This document shows positions 1-10,620 of a DNA stretch of 64,000 nt, piece by piece. The notes under the pieces are model-generated. The model had not been told where the DNA came from, did no database searches, and saw only the letters and a list, made by a program, of their open reading frames with translations. The position numbers were made by a program, and so were the translations under genes. The stretch is from a virus. Its lineage: Duplodnaviria > Caudoviricetes. Within the stretch, counting starts at the first letter, position 1. The number at the start of each line of letters is the position of its first letter. Location: IMG/VR virus record IMGVR_UViG_3300025601_000007. The stretch is one strand, 5' to 3'.

Positions 1-31
1 GTAAAAAAAGGAAAAGTTTTCAACTATTCAA

Positions 32-709
32 CTATTCAACAAATGATACCTCGACAATTGTGCGACCAGGTTTTTGCTCTAGAATAAGAGCCTCTCCTTT
101 TTCTATCGCATCCACGAGAATAATGTTTGGATTGTCAAGAGTTATTGAAAATTGTCTAGTGTGGCCCACAATCTGTTTCCAGTCATCAATTCTGTTGATG
201 TTTAGACTTCTTGGCCTGACCCAAATAGGGCTGGACACAGTTGAATCACCGTGTCTTTGAAAACCAGCGAATGCAAAGTGTGAGATGTGTAGGGAGTTGA
301 TTTTTTTAACAATATCTTTCGTGTCAACTTTATGAATATCGCACCAATCTTTAGTGACTCCTGCATGAGAAATGAGATAGTCATCTATGGAGTGGCACCA
401 TTGCATCAAATCCTTGTTATCCTCTAGAAGTGCTTCAATATTTAAAAATGCTCCAGCTTGAAACCCGCTATACATTCCGCCTATTCCCATATAATGGGCA
501 TCATGGTTTCCTGTGAGCAAAGTTACGTCGTCTGGTCTTTCTTTTTTGAGAGCGATGATGTCTCTGAAGTTGTCCATCTGCTCCAGAGCTGTAAACTCCT
601 TGCTGTCGAAGTAATCTCCGACAAATACGATTTTATCAGGATTAACTGATTTGACATGCTTTTTCCAGGATGGTCCTCCGTGTATGTCTCCTAAAATTAG
701 ATGTTTCAT
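32..709 (-). CDS. Calcineurin-like metallophosphoesterase
   Basis: Ordered motifs GDIHG, GDYFD, GNHD, HAG and GHT, the full metallophosphoesterase signature. Confidence 0.9.
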   Translation of the reverse strand: MKHLILGDIHGGPSWKKHVKSVNPDKIVFVGDYFDSKEFTALEQMDNFRDIIALKKERPDDVTLLTGNHDAHYMGIGGMYSGFQAGAFLNIEALLEDNKDLMQWCHSIDDYLISHAGVTKDWCDIHKVDTKDIVKKINSLHISHFAFAGFQRHGDSTVSSPIWVRPRSLNINRIDDWKQIVGHTRQFSITLDNPNIILVDAIEKGEALILEQKPGRTIVEVSFVE

Positions 710-1254
710 TATTCGCTTTTAAGTGCTGCTTGTTTCTCCAAGGTAATCATGTGACACAGAGCGATGGTGTAGCTGTCGCACATATCGAAATTTTCATCCA
801 TAAGCTTCCTTGACTTCGGACCGTATTTCCAATTCAAAAGAGGCTGCAATTTACATACTTCCTCCCACACTTGAGATTTGCTTTCAGAGCCTTTTTTTCC
901 AAATTTCACATGCGGGTATGCAGTTTTTCGTGCAGAGTTTACGTTGTAGTATACTGGCTCTATTCCCCAGGTTTTATAGCATACAGCCGAAATCATTCCG
1001 TTAAAGAAATTAAGCAATCCGATTGTTGTAGCAGAAGAGAATTTTCCAGCGAACTTTTTAAGCGGTTCCTCTATAGCAATATATGTCAGTTCCATTTTAC
1101 TTATTTCACTTAAATGCTCCTCGAAGTGTTTTAGCTTTTCAAAAAGAGTTTGTTTTGGACGCATTTTAACGTACCCAATCTTGAGCATGTCTCCATCTTC
1201 TGAAAAAAGTGTGTACCCAATACAGGTGGTTGATATATCTAATCCTAAAATCAT
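709..1254 (-). CDS. ruvC: RuvC-like Holliday junction resolvase
   Basis: N-terminal ILGLDISTTCIG, central IAIEEP and C-terminal DMCDS acidic residues of the RuvC/RNase H fold. Confidence 0.75.
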   Translation of the reverse strand: MILGLDISTTCIGYTLFSEDGDMLKIGYVKMRPKQTLFEKLKHFEEHLSEISKMELTYIAIEEPLKKFAGKFSSATTIGLLNFFNGMISAVCYKTWGIEPVYYNVNSARKTAYPHVKFGKKGSESKSQVWEEVCKLQPLLNWKYGPKSRKLMDENFDMCDSYTIALCHMITLEKQAALKSE

Positions 1255-1439
1255 TTTTCTTCTGTATCTTTTTTAAGGTTGTCAACAATCCCAGCCTGTA
1301 GATAAGTAACATGTTCTAGCATAACTTCCTTTATCGTTTTCTTCTCAGGAGCCGTCAGGGTAAGCCCTTCTGATTTGAGGATACTCAAAAGTGTGGAAAT
1401 GATTGTTATTCTTTCTGCAATTGAAATTGTTCTTATCAT
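1251..1439 (-). CDS. Hypothetical protein (62 aa)
   Basis: Its stop overlaps the start of the resolvase gene (ATGA coupling). Confidence 0.65.
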   Translation of the reverse strand: MIRTISIAERITIISTLLSILKSEGLTLTAPEKKTIKEVMLEHVTYLQAGIVDNLKKDTEEK

Positions 1440-1449
1440 GTTTAATGAT

Positions 1450-1482
1450 AAAAAAAGCCTTGACGAATATCAAGGCTTTTTT
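1450..1482. terminator. Bidirectional intrinsic terminator
   Basis: aaaaaaagccttga-cgaata-tcaaggctttttt: perfect stem with A and T tails, just downstream of the minus-strand structural operon. Confidence 0.85.
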
Positions 1483-1499
1483 ATTTGTAGTGTTACTGG

Positions 1500-2612
1500 T
1501 TATACGTCCAGTTCCAATGTAAATGTTAATACTCCAGTGTACCCTTTCTCTTTAGCTCTGTCCAGTTTAGCAATAGCTAAAAGCTCTTCCTCTTTGTTGT
1601 AGAGCCCGATTTCGGTTACATAAGTTGAATCAAAGTTGTTTGTTCCAAGAGTGTACTCTTGAAGGTTTTCAGAGAAGTTCCACGTTGGGTTGTTTGTAAA
1701 GTGAAATTCTCCTGGAAGAGCCATGCAAACGACTGATGTTTTAAAACTAATGTTTAAGTCGTAAAACTGAGCAGTACTTCCTGAGCCAAACCAGATATCT
1801 GTTGTTCCAACCCCAGAGTTTGCATATGCGTGTGGGGTTGTTTTTCCAGATGCCCACGGGATTTGATTTACAATCATCGGGTGAGTTAACACCATATATC
1901 CTTTGTCTAGCGCTGCAAACCCAACAGGGACATCATAGTTGTATCCTTGGTTTGTTGTGGTTGGGTAAATTTCAGGTACTGCGGCGGCAAGATTTACTTG
2001 GCTCCAGGGTCTTTGGTCAGAATTAATGTCGATTTGCACCCCATCTGGGTGCAAGTTTTGATATGCTGTTGCCGAAGGTCTGTCAAGATAGCTTGATGTA
2101 TTCCAAGTGGTTTGACTCGCTTTGTTAACGCCGTTTCCGTCTGTGGTTCCTGTATAAGGAAGGTTAATTTCATCACAAAACAAAAATGCAATATTCTTAC
2201 CTAGAAGGGCGTTTTCGCTCTTCTTCTCCAGTATGTTGTATGTTGACGACACAATTGTTTTAGCGGTCCAATTGGGGTTATCTGCTATTCCATGTTGAGG
2301 AACTGTAAACGTAATGGAACGTCCATCTATCATCTCACTGTAGAAGCTTCTTGGAATAGGCGCTATTACAATTTTACCGACATTTAGCTGATAAATCTCA
2401 GGATGTGCGGAAGCCATTGTACTTCCTGATGCTAAATCTGCTGCAATGTGTGGAAGGTTAAATGACACAAAGTAATTAGCTTCTGTAGAAGTCAGCCCAG
2501 TCCTAAAACACGCAGTGTATGTCAGGTCAGACGTAGCAACAGACTTTAGTGATGCAGTCTCACTCTTTGTTGAAATAACACTCTGTATTGGTTTTTGAAA
2601 ATTACTTGGCAT
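1500..2612 (-). CDS. Virion structural protein with a C-terminal tail-collar-like motif
   Basis: C-terminal YVTEIGLYNKEEELLAIAKL...FTLELDV is shared with 3756-5864 and 5895-8093 and resembles tail-collar/fibre adaptor domains. Confidence 0.6.
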   Translation of the reverse strand: MPSNFQKPIQSVISTKSETASLKSVATSDLTYTACFRTGLTSTEANYFVSFNLPHIAADLASGSTMASAHPEIYQLNVGKIVIAPIPRSFYSEMIDGRSITFTVPQHGIADNPNWTAKTIVSSTYNILEKKSENALLGKNIAFLFCDEINLPYTGTTDGNGVNKASQTTWNTSSYLDRPSATAYQNLHPDGVQIDINSDQRPWSQVNLAAAVPEIYPTTTNQGYNYDVPVGFAALDKGYMVLTHPMIVNQIPWASGKTTPHAYANSGVGTTDIWFGSGSTAQFYDLNISFKTSVVCMALPGEFHFTNNPTWNFSENLQEYTLGTNNFDSTYVTEIGLYNKEEELLAIAKLDRAKEKGYTGVLTFTLELDV

Positions 2613-2675
2613 CGTTTATATTATTATTGATGTTGAGATTTTTTTGTTGGATTTTTTTTGACTATGTACCAGTGA

Positions 2676-3227
2676 TTAACCTTGTCCGAGTCCGACACCA
2701 TCGCCGCCTTCAGTAGGTCCGCCAGGTCCGCCGCCAATCTGTAAACCAGTATAATTAAACCTTACCTCAAAAGTTAAGGAGTTCTCAGACTGAAGTGTTT
2801 GACGTCCGTAAGATGTAAAAACAAGCTTCCTGTAACGAATCATACTAGAATTAAGCGCGGCACGACCATTGTTAATCCATGTTTTTATGTCAGCAATCAT
2901 GCTATCTGGCAAAGCAGTTTCATAATCTCTATACCCGTCTGTATATGTTGCGTCTTTTTTAGCAAAAGTCACATATAAAGTCGAATTTGAGATTGAATTC
3001 GTGTCAGTCGGGTCTGGAAAAGTGAGTTTTAAAAAATGAGACCCTTCTCCTGTGCTATCGGTAAGAGGTATAACTTTCTTGTTTCCTGTAGCCAAAGTAG
3101 AGACAGTAATACCTTGAGCATAAGGCCCAAATATTTTGTGCCCCTCAGAAATAACTGTCTCGTTGTTGGTTGTCGCCAGAGTCACCTTTCGGAAGACTAC
3201 GTTTGTTGGGCTTGGATTGTTAGGCAT
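2676..3227 (-). CDS. Hypothetical (likely virion) protein with a Gly-rich tail
   Basis: 183-aa ORF within the structural operon; ends GGGPGGPTEGGDGVGLGQG. Confidence 0.6.
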   Translation of the reverse strand: MPNNPSPTNVVFRKVTLATTNNETVISEGHKIFGPYAQGITVSTLATGNKKVIPLTDSTGEGSHFLKLTFPDPTDTNSISNSTLYVTFAKKDATYTDGYRDYETALPDSMIADIKTWINNGRAALNSSMIRYRKLVFTSYGRQTLQSENSLTFEVRFNYTGLQIGGGPGGPTEGGDGVGLGQG

Positions 3228-3245
3228 TTTTAGTTTTGTTTATTG

Positions 3246-3719
3246 TTATCCTGCGTTTGGCAATTGAGTTCCACCTGTTCCAGTTCCTGTGCCTACACCA
3301 CCGCCGTCATCTGTACCTGTTCCACCACTAGTGTCACTTCCATTTGGAAGGTCATTAGAGCCTCCAAGATTAACAGATATATCTAAAACATTGTCGGTCA
3401 AGTTTGTGCCGTAAAGAACATCTTGGGAAACAAGTTGGTCAAAGTTTTCAAAAAATAACTGGTTGCGCTGTTCGTAATTCACAGAAGTCTTTAAACAACC
3501 CTCGCTTTTTCCAGAAATATCTGGGACTTCACCTGAAATTAGTGTAATCGTTGTTTTGTAATTGACGTCGGGGTCTCCTAGGGCAAATGACTTAATCTCA
3601 AAGAGGTCATCTCCGAACGCGTCGAAACGAATATTGCTCTTATTGAAAAGATATTCACGACCTTTGTCGGTCAAATATGCTTTCGCATAAAGTGTGTCTG
3701 CTGATGCTATGAATCCCAT
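3246..3719 (-). CDS. Virion structural protein (N-terminal domain of the tail-collar-like family)
   Basis: AYLTDKGREYL...FALGDPDVNY parallels the N-termini of 3756-5864 (KLTNKGRKELA...SDREINY) and 5895-8093 (KLTDTGRRRLA...SDRETNY). Confidence 0.6.
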   Translation of the reverse strand: MGFIASADTLYAKAYLTDKGREYLFNKSNIRFDAFGDDLFEIKSFALGDPDVNYKTTITLISGEVPDISGKSEGCLKTSVNYEQRNQLFFENFDQLVSQDVLYGTNLTDNVLDISVNLGGSNDLPNGSDTSGGTGTDDGGGVGTGTGTGGTQLPNAG

Positions 3720-3755
3720 TTTTTTTATTCTCTTTCTAGTAAATAGTTTCTCTTA

Positions 3756-5864
3756 TTAAAAATCTAGCTCTAATTGGAAGGTTAAATACCTTGCCGAGCT
3801 TTTCTTAATAGGATAAGTAGGCTTCCCTACAGCCACAAGTAAGCCTTGGTCGTTAAGTATGCCTATTTCGGTTATATATGTGTTTGCGTCTTCTGCCCCA
3901 TCAAAACCTCCGTTATTAGAAGCGTTGAACTCGCTGTCTTTTGCTACAATTGTAAACACAGTTTTGTAGGTGGTAGACATTATTTTTGTTTTGATGTTTC
4001 CAAAGAAGAAATCTTCGTTTCCATATGTCATCCCAGTAAGATTTAAATAATCACTGTTGAATGTGAAACCGCTTGAAACCCCATATAAATTATTGCTGGG
4101 TCCAGCAATAAAATTTGGCTGAGTTGTCCCTGATTTTATGTCATCTAGAGAGACAATAAATTGCTGCCCCTGTAAGTATGTTGGGTCGATGGTTGTGTGT
4201 GTTGACTCACCAGAGTAAACTCCATTACCAAACGCTTTAATATCAGAGGCGCCAGACCACTTTCCTGGGTGCAACGCATCCAAGCCTTTGTCTTCATCTT
4301 TTCTAACTTCTTGAACTAAAATCTGAACTTTATTGGCACTCCACCCTGTTCCAGAGTATGTAGTGAACCCTGCTGTGTTCCTTAGGTAGGGGAATGCTTT
4401 AGTTGGAAATGAGCACGTTAAATACTGAGCATATCCGTTTTCGTCAGTAAAGCCTTCAACCTTACTTATATATCCACAATGCATAGCTTGCTTGTAACCG
4501 TAGGAATCTGTTGAGCTGTATGGAGTTTTAGATTGAGTAAAATATGTTACATAGTAGTAATGGTCGCTTCTCAATAGCCCTGACGTATTCATTACTGTAG
4601 AAGGAGACTTTGGTGCAGACTGACTTCCAACAATCAAAGGAGGGAGCGTGTGGTTACGGTCGGTCTTATAAGACATTGCCGTCAATAACTCAGGGTCTGT
4701 AACTACAATAAGTTTTAGCTTATTATAGATTCTTCCCACAATTAAAGCACTACTTGAAGTCCCATCCTTTAATAGGGTGAATGAGGTTTTCGCTGCTTGG
4801 TCAAAATACACATCGCTTCCTTCGTCTGTAAATCTCTGGCCACTCTCATAAGCTTGTCCTGGGTTAGCACTTTTTCGATGCCACATAATGCTGGGCATGT
4901 CAACCTGAGTTGTTCCTGGGACTAATTGTTCAGCATATGTATTTCCCGTGTACTTATTAGAGTAGTGAATAAACCCTACTTGTCTCAAGTCATCTTCGAA
5001 TCCAAAATATTGTTTTGTGCCACTATACTCTTTGGAGGCAAAAGTAGAATAACTATATCCTGTGTTGGCTCCTATAGCCATTTTTGTTTGACCAATCTCT
5101 CTTGACGTTCTTACAATATTTAAGTTCCAGACTGGACAATTTTCCGTTGCTCCAGAGCCATAGTATGTTTCTACGCCATTCCAAGGATATTCATACCAAG
5201 CAACGTTTCTTGTGCCTGAAGCAAATATAGGAACAGGCCTGTCTACTCGTATTGAATCAACAGAAGCATCTGCCGTTCTTATCCTATAAAATAAATCCAC
5301 AAACGGGGCAGTACTAATTAATTGCGGTTCTGAGCCTATAGGTGCAGAATACCTTAAAAGCAGGAGATTTCCGCCTCCTAGCATTACTTCGGTTGAGGAG
5401 CTCCACGTAGCTGGTCCACTAATTAACCCTGTTGTTGTTTGTCCGCTCCTGATGTATCTGCTTGGATGCAATATGTAATCATTAACAGTTGCTGAGTCAG
5501 CTGTTGTTGCAGACCAGAATCCGACTGAGCTAGTTTGAGCCGTAGCAATCTGTTTTGTCACGAACACTTTTGACGTTAAATCTAAAGCATTTGTTCCATC
5601 AAAGTTTAATGTCGGAAGGGCAGGTTGGTTATCGTGTGGTTCCATAACCCTGCTTTTGCAGATGTTAAACATCTCTGTGGCTGGAGGATTAAGGTTTGCA
5701 AAATAAGGTGTATCTGGATATCTTCTATTGAACTCGTAATTGATTTCTCTATCGGAAACCACTGCTTGACTAAAATTTAGCCTACCCAATGCCAATTCCT
5801 TTCGGCCCTTGTTGGTGAGCTTAACACTGATAAATGTGGTTGGTTCTTGTTGCAAAAAAGCCAT
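3756..5864 (-). CDS. Baseplate/tail structural protein, paralog 1 (702 aa)
   Basis: Has both family termini; shares CPVWNLNIVRTSREIG and many other blocks with the adjacent 5895-8093. Confidence 0.65.
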   Translation of the reverse strand: MAFLQQEPTTFISVKLTNKGRKELALGRLNFSQAVVSDREINYEFNRRYPDTPYFANLNPPATEMFNICKSRVMEPHDNQPALPTLNFDGTNALDLTSKVFVTKQIATAQTSSVGFWSATTADSATVNDYILHPSRYIRSGQTTTGLISGPATWSSSTEVMLGGGNLLLLRYSAPIGSEPQLISTAPFVDLFYRIRTADASVDSIRVDRPVPIFASGTRNVAWYEYPWNGVETYYGSGATENCPVWNLNIVRTSREIGQTKMAIGANTGYSYSTFASKEYSGTKQYFGFEDDLRQVGFIHYSNKYTGNTYAEQLVPGTTQVDMPSIMWHRKSANPGQAYESGQRFTDEGSDVYFDQAAKTSFTLLKDGTSSSALIVGRIYNKLKLIVVTDPELLTAMSYKTDRNHTLPPLIVGSQSAPKSPSTVMNTSGLLRSDHYYYVTYFTQSKTPYSSTDSYGYKQAMHCGYISKVEGFTDENGYAQYLTCSFPTKAFPYLRNTAGFTTYSGTGWSANKVQILVQEVRKDEDKGLDALHPGKWSGASDIKAFGNGVYSGESTHTTIDPTYLQGQQFIVSLDDIKSGTTQPNFIAGPSNNLYGVSSGFTFNSDYLNLTGMTYGNEDFFFGNIKTKIMSTTYKTVFTIVAKDSEFNASNNGGFDGAEDANTYITEIGILNDQGLLVAVGKPTYPIKKSSARYLTFQLELDF

Positions 5865-5894
5865 ATGGGAAAGTTTATCTTAAATAGTCTTGGT

Positions 5895-8093
5895 TTAAAA
5901 TTCTAATTTCAATTGGAGCACTTTCCATTCTCCGCTACCTTTTCGAATAGGGCGCGTCGGTTTCCCGACAGCTACAAGTTCTCCATCAGAATTTAGTACT
6001 CCTATTTCTGTAATGTATGTGTTGTCATTTTTTTCTGCATCGAATGAAGAATTCTGTGAGCTGTTTAATTCTCCGCCCTCAACAACTAAAGTGATGTACG
6101 TATCATATCGCACTTTCTTTTTAGCAGTCTTAATATTTCCAAAGAAGTGATTTTCTGAACCCAAAGCTAATCCGTTATTTTTTTCATCATTGTAAAGATT
6201 AAAATAGTCATGCAACTCGTATATGTTTCTGGTTGAGCCACTTAAAAGGAGAGGCATTGTGTCGCCAGATGTTATATCGGCTTGCGAAACAATGAACTCA
6301 GCGTTGTAAAGCTGGGACGGCTCAATTAAGCTTGAGCTTGCATGTCCAAAAGAAAACACTCCTGCAGGGTCTTGGTTTTGCGCATTTTTGTTCAAGCTTG
6401 AACAACCAGACCACTTTCCAGGATGCAAGCTATCTGCACCTCCGTCCCTGTTTACAGGTACTTCTTGAACTAATATTTGAACTTTACTAGCTCCCCAGCC
6501 TGTTCCTGAGAATGATTCAAACGTTTGACTGTTTCTCATGTACGGAAGCTGGCCCTGAGGAAAAGTTCCTTTAAGGTGTTTGTGGTATCCATTTTCGTCC
6601 GTGTGACCGCTTAGTTTTTGAACATAACCACAGTGCATGTAATAGTGATGCCCAAAATTTCTACCTTCAAGATAAGCGTTTGAGCTCAGTTCTCCCAATT
6701 CACCTGGGCTCATGTAATAGGTCATGTAGTAGTTATGATTACTTTTCATAAACCCAGGCTTCTTGCCAGTGTCGAACTGAGGCTTAGGGCTTGACACAGA
6801 AGAGAAATTCATTGGCGGAAGTGTCCAGTTTCTATTTGACTTATATGACAACGCCGTCAATAGTTCTGGGTCTGTTAAAACAATCGTTTTAAGGTCGTAG
6901 TAAACTCGACCAACTGTTAATGGACTTCCTGTAACAGCGTCACGAAGGAGTGTATATGATGTTCCCGCTTTTTTATCTTGATAGATAGTACTTCCGTAAT
7001 CTGTAAATCTATGGCCAGAGCTTATAGCTGTTCCACTTATGAAAAGATTCCCGCTTTCATCTGTGGCTCTGTGCCAAAGTAAATCAGGGATGTCTACCTC
7101 AGTGGCGCCTGGAATTATGGAATCCCAGTAGGTTTGACCTGATGATTCATTGGAGTAATGCAAGAAGCCTACTTGTCTTTGATTTTCATCAAAGTCAAAC
7201 ATTTCTTTTGCCCCTGCGTATGGAACAGAGCCGTAGTTGGTGTAGCTATGGCCTATGTTCCCTCCTACAGCTTTTCTTTTGTGTCCAATTTCCCTTGATG
7301 TTCTTACGATGTTTAAATTCCAAACAGGGCAATTTACTGTTACGGCGGAGCCATAGTAGTTATCTACGGCGTCAAATTCATAGACAAAATATGGTAGAGG
7401 CTTGTCTTGCCCAGACTGAGCAGCAATAAAAGGAGGGTTTCGGTCTAAAGTTCTCCTGCCTGAAGAAATTTCATTTGTTACGCGATACCATTTAGAAATC
7501 ATTGCCACGTCGTTATAGCGAGCATTTGACATCCCTAAGAACCCATTAGCGGTGTTAATAGACGTGGTAGTGCGTAAATACAACAGCTGACCCAATTTTG
7601 GCAATACTCCAGCTAGAAGGTTGGAGGTACCAAAAACGAAGTCAATAGCTCCTTCTTGTATGCTTGTGCTGTTTGAGCCTGAGTAAACCCAGTTATTTTT
7701 TAGCAGGTATCGCCCAATCTTGTGTTTGTTACCATTCGTTAATGCGCTCCAAAATCCTACAGAATCCGTTTGAGCAGTTGTTGTCTCGTTTTTTACGTGC
7801 ACTCTTGAGTTTAGCGAGTAAGGTTGAGAGCCGTCATAATTTATTGGACTTAGAGCAGGGTGGTCATCTTTTGGTGAAAAAATGCTGTTTCCACTTAAAG
7901 CTAGTTCGGTGCCGCTATTTGGGTTTAGATTCCAAAGCGTATCATACCTACGGTCAAAAGAGTAGTTTGTTTCTCTATCCGATAACACGGCTTGGTCGAA
8001 AGTCAAGTTACCTTGAGCCAGTCGTCTTCGTCCTGTGTCGGTTAGTTTTATGTTTATGTACGTGTTGTCGTCCTGAGTGAGAAATGACATCAA
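5895..8093 (-). CDS. Baseplate/tail structural protein, paralog 2 (732 aa)
   Basis: Collinear paralog of 3756-5864; C-terminal YITEIGVLNSDGELVAVGKPTRPIRK. Confidence 0.65.
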   Translation of the reverse strand: MMSFLTQDDNTYINIKLTDTGRRRLAQGNLTFDQAVLSDRETNYSFDRRYDTLWNLNPNSGTELALSGNSIFSPKDDHPALSPINYDGSQPYSLNSRVHVKNETTTAQTDSVGFWSALTNGNKHKIGRYLLKNNWVYSGSNSTSIQEGAIDFVFGTSNLLAGVLPKLGQLLYLRTTTSINTANGFLGMSNARYNDVAMISKWYRVTNEISSGRRTLDRNPPFIAAQSGQDKPLPYFVYEFDAVDNYYGSAVTVNCPVWNLNIVRTSREIGHKRKAVGGNIGHSYTNYGSVPYAGAKEMFDFDENQRQVGFLHYSNESSGQTYWDSIIPGATEVDIPDLLWHRATDESGNLFISGTAISSGHRFTDYGSTIYQDKKAGTSYTLLRDAVTGSPLTVGRVYYDLKTIVLTDPELLTALSYKSNRNWTLPPMNFSSVSSPKPQFDTGKKPGFMKSNHNYYMTYYMSPGELGELSSNAYLEGRNFGHHYYMHCGYVQKLSGHTDENGYHKHLKGTFPQGQLPYMRNSQTFESFSGTGWGASKVQILVQEVPVNRDGGADSLHPGKWSGCSSLNKNAQNQDPAGVFSFGHASSSLIEPSQLYNAEFIVSQADITSGDTMPLLLSGSTRNIYELHDYFNLYNDEKNNGLALGSENHFFGNIKTAKKKVRYDTYITLVVEGGELNSSQNSSFDAEKNDNTYITEIGVLNSDGELVAVGKPTRPIRKGSGEWKVLQLKLEF

Positions 8094-8202
8094 ATTGTTT
8101 TACTGATAAATAATCATCCAAAAAATAACACAGAGTGTTTCTAAAGTAAATGCACATTGAGGTTAGAATCTTTTTGATTAATATTTATTGAAAAGACATT
8201 CA

Positions 8203-10620
8203 ATGCCTATTTTCGAACCAAACACAGCAGATACGATTTCTGTAAACTTCCGCCCAGGACAGGATTTCAGGGATTTCCCTACACAATCCCAGTCAGTGTT
8301 CACGTTTGGCGACTACAGAGTCACGAGAAATCCAAGCACAGACATTGTTAATGGGGATACTCAAGGACTCCGATTTGATGGGTATGAGTCTCTTTCTAGT
8401 CTTAATGTTTCTGGGTTTTCTAGAAACAATTCTGTATTTGTGTCATCTCGTGAACTTAATTTAAAAAAGAAAGACCCGTCTAACTACGCGTATTTTCAAA
8501 CTCTTAAGTTAGACATCGCCACATCTTTGGATAATTCGATTACAGCGTGGCCATATGCTGTGGCATCTATCCAAAAAGAATCTGCTGGAGTAACGGCATA
8601 TGAGTACACAGCTGTTACCACGGGTACCACAGCCTCTTATTGCAAGTTTAAGGTGCCATACTCTGCTTTAACTAACCAAGGCGGTGTAATTCTTAACTCA
8701 GGCTCTACAATTACAGGAAGAAGCCTTTTAATGGATACACAGGACTATGTTATTCAGCTTAGCGGTGTAACGTTATACGATAATCCTTTACATGTAATAT
8801 CCGCATACACATTTTCAGCTGGAACATACTTAGAATTTACTTTAGAAACGCTTTTATTTACTGGGTCAACAGACACAGAACAAACAGCTGCTATATGGAT
8901 TCGCCCAACTGATAGAATTCTAAAGAGCTTTTATAAAGACAGGACTCCTCTGGAGAATCACATATTAACAAGCGGAGCATGGAGGCATCAAAACCCGCAG
9001 TTCGATGACGGAAACTACATCACAACCACATACACATGGCCTAAAAATATTGATGGCTTCAACATTGACATAAACACAGCGGGGTACGTAACTTACCAGG
9101 ACAACCTTCTCACCTTAGCTGAATTGCTAGATTGTGAGAAAACCGATATTATGATGCGAACTATGATTCCAGAAAATTACTTGGACTTAGATTCTGCCGA
9201 CTCTCTTTACAGAAGAACAATCCAAACCTACGCTCACCAGTTTGACGAAATAAAACGTTACATCGATGGAATATCTTATGCTCACACAGTTGAATATGAT
9301 GGGGAGTGTAGTGTTCCAGACAAGTTTATGTTTAAATTAGCTGAACTTCTTGGATGGAAGTTAACCAGCGGTTTTAACGAACTAGACCTTTTGGAGTACC
9401 TCGCTACAAGCGTCGGGTCCACAGGGAGCCCTAAGAAAGAGTACGACCTTCAGCTTTGGAGGAGAATGATGGTGAATCTAACTTGGTTGTTTAAACGAAA
9501 AGGAACACGAGATGCTATGCAGTTTATTTTTAAACTAATTGGTGCACCAGACTGTATGATTCGAATTGAAGAGTTTGTATACGACATCAATAAAGCAATT
9601 ATTACAGGCTCCACGGGAACTATTTTAGAGCTGCAACTGAATAATAAAATTAACGAGCACGGTTACATCAATTATGATGATTCCAATTTTGCTTTTCAAG
9701 AAGGCGGCATGGGTCGTGGAAATGGAGATAAATACATAAATCAGTGGAGAACTGAGTTTGACCCCATTGCTAGAATTGATAACATTAAAATCCAAACAGG
9801 GGCAACAATAAATTGGGGTTCTGAAAACATAATGAATTCCAAGGAGTTGATTGTAGGAATCGACCCCGCTCAAGCTATTGAGTGTGATTTGCATGAATAT
9901 TACCAACTAAGCGGAACGTGTTGGGTGTGGGGCTCTGGAGACCCATTTCAGTTTTCCAACTTAAATGTTCCATTTGAATGGACTATTGAGGATTGCAGTA
10001 AAGTAAACCCTGGAAACATAACGGGAATGACGCTCGCGCAATGGACTGATTTTATTTATAAATCAAATGTAGACCCCGTCAACAGGAAGACGTCTAATGC
10101 GCACAATGGTGGATACCACTACCATAAATTGCGAGAAATATATATGCATTACTATAAGATGACAACCCCTGACCCAAATCAAATTGGATTTGGGAAATTA
10201 GAAAAGTTTCTAGAGCTAATAGAGGTCCAGTTTTACTGTGCGGCGGAACAATTGATTCCCGCAACTTCTATTCTAGAGGCTTTTGGTACGATTTATAGAA
10301 ATACAGTATTTAATAGACAGAAATTTGTTTATCCTGTTGGCATAAATGCTGGTTCTGAATTTCAGATAGCAGTGCCTTTGTCTCCTGATAATCAACTTTA
10401 TCCTATTCGAGTTACTAATACTGTTAACGACATTATAACAATGTCAGGAACTCCCTGGGCCTTAACGTCGCAGGTTGTAGCAGAGATAAAGCTGGATTTA
10501 TGTCCAGTCACATTAAACATTGGAGCAAACGTTGATTTAGTCCAGTCTCAAATTGATACATTTGAAATTGAAGTTGAAGTTGATGATTTTGTTGAAGATA
10601 TAGAAATAATTGATGGCTAA
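8203..10620 (+). CDS. Baseplate wedge subunit (P2 gpI / T4 gp7-like region)
   Basis: VPDKFMFKLAELLGWKL...LWRRMMVNLTWLFKRKGTRDAMQFIFKLIG resembles the gpI/gp7 wedge motif. Start moved to ATG 8203, 15 nt after a TATTTA box; the ORF-track TTG overlaps the end of that box. Confidence 0.6.
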   Translation: MPIFEPNTADTISVNFRPGQDFRDFPTQSQSVFTFGDYRVTRNPSTDIVNGDTQGLRFDGYESLSSLNVSGFSRNNSVFVSSRELNLKKKDPSNYAYFQTLKLDIATSLDNSITAWPYAVASIQKESAGVTAYEYTAVTTGTTASYCKFKVPYSALTNQGGVILNSGSTITGRSLLMDTQDYVIQLSGVTLYDNPLHVISAYTFSAGTYLEFTLETLLFTGSTDTEQTAAIWIRPTDRILKSFYKDRTPLENHILTSGAWRHQNPQFDDGNYITTTYTWPKNIDGFNIDINTAGYVTYQDNLLTLAELLDCEKTDIMMRTMIPENYLDLDSADSLYRRTIQTYAHQFDEIKRYIDGISYAHTVEYDGECSVPDKFMFKLAELLGWKLTSGFNELDLLEYLATSVGSTGSPKKEYDLQLWRRMMVNLTWLFKRKGTRDAMQFIFKLIGAPDCMIRIEEFVYDINKAIITGSTGTILELQLNNKINEHGYINYDDSNFAFQEGGMGRGNGDKYINQWRTEFDPIARIDNIKIQTGATINWGSENIMNSKELIVGIDPAQAIECDLHEYYQLSGTCWVWGSGDPFQFSNLNVPFEWTIEDCSKVNPGNITGMTLAQWTDFIYKSNVDPVNRKTSNAHNGGYHYHKLREIYMHYYKMTTPDPNQIGFGKLEKFLELIEVQFYCAAEQLIPATSILEAFGTIYRNTVFNRQKFVYPVGINAGSEFQIAVPLSPDNQLYPIRVTNTVNDIITMSGTPWALTSQVVAEIKLDLCPVTLNIGANVDLVQSQIDTFEIEVEVDDFVEDIEIIDG

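Noticed and set aside
19-40. 8-bp tandem repeat ttcaacta x~2.7 at the phosphoesterase stop
   Set aside because: Too short; consistent with local slippage and of no evident function.
8188-8202. ORF-track TTG start for the wedge gene; likewise the extended starts at 28671, 31169, 38795 and 50327
   Set aside because: These extensions overlap promoter boxes or upstream genes. Downstream ATGs give normal spacing or coupling.
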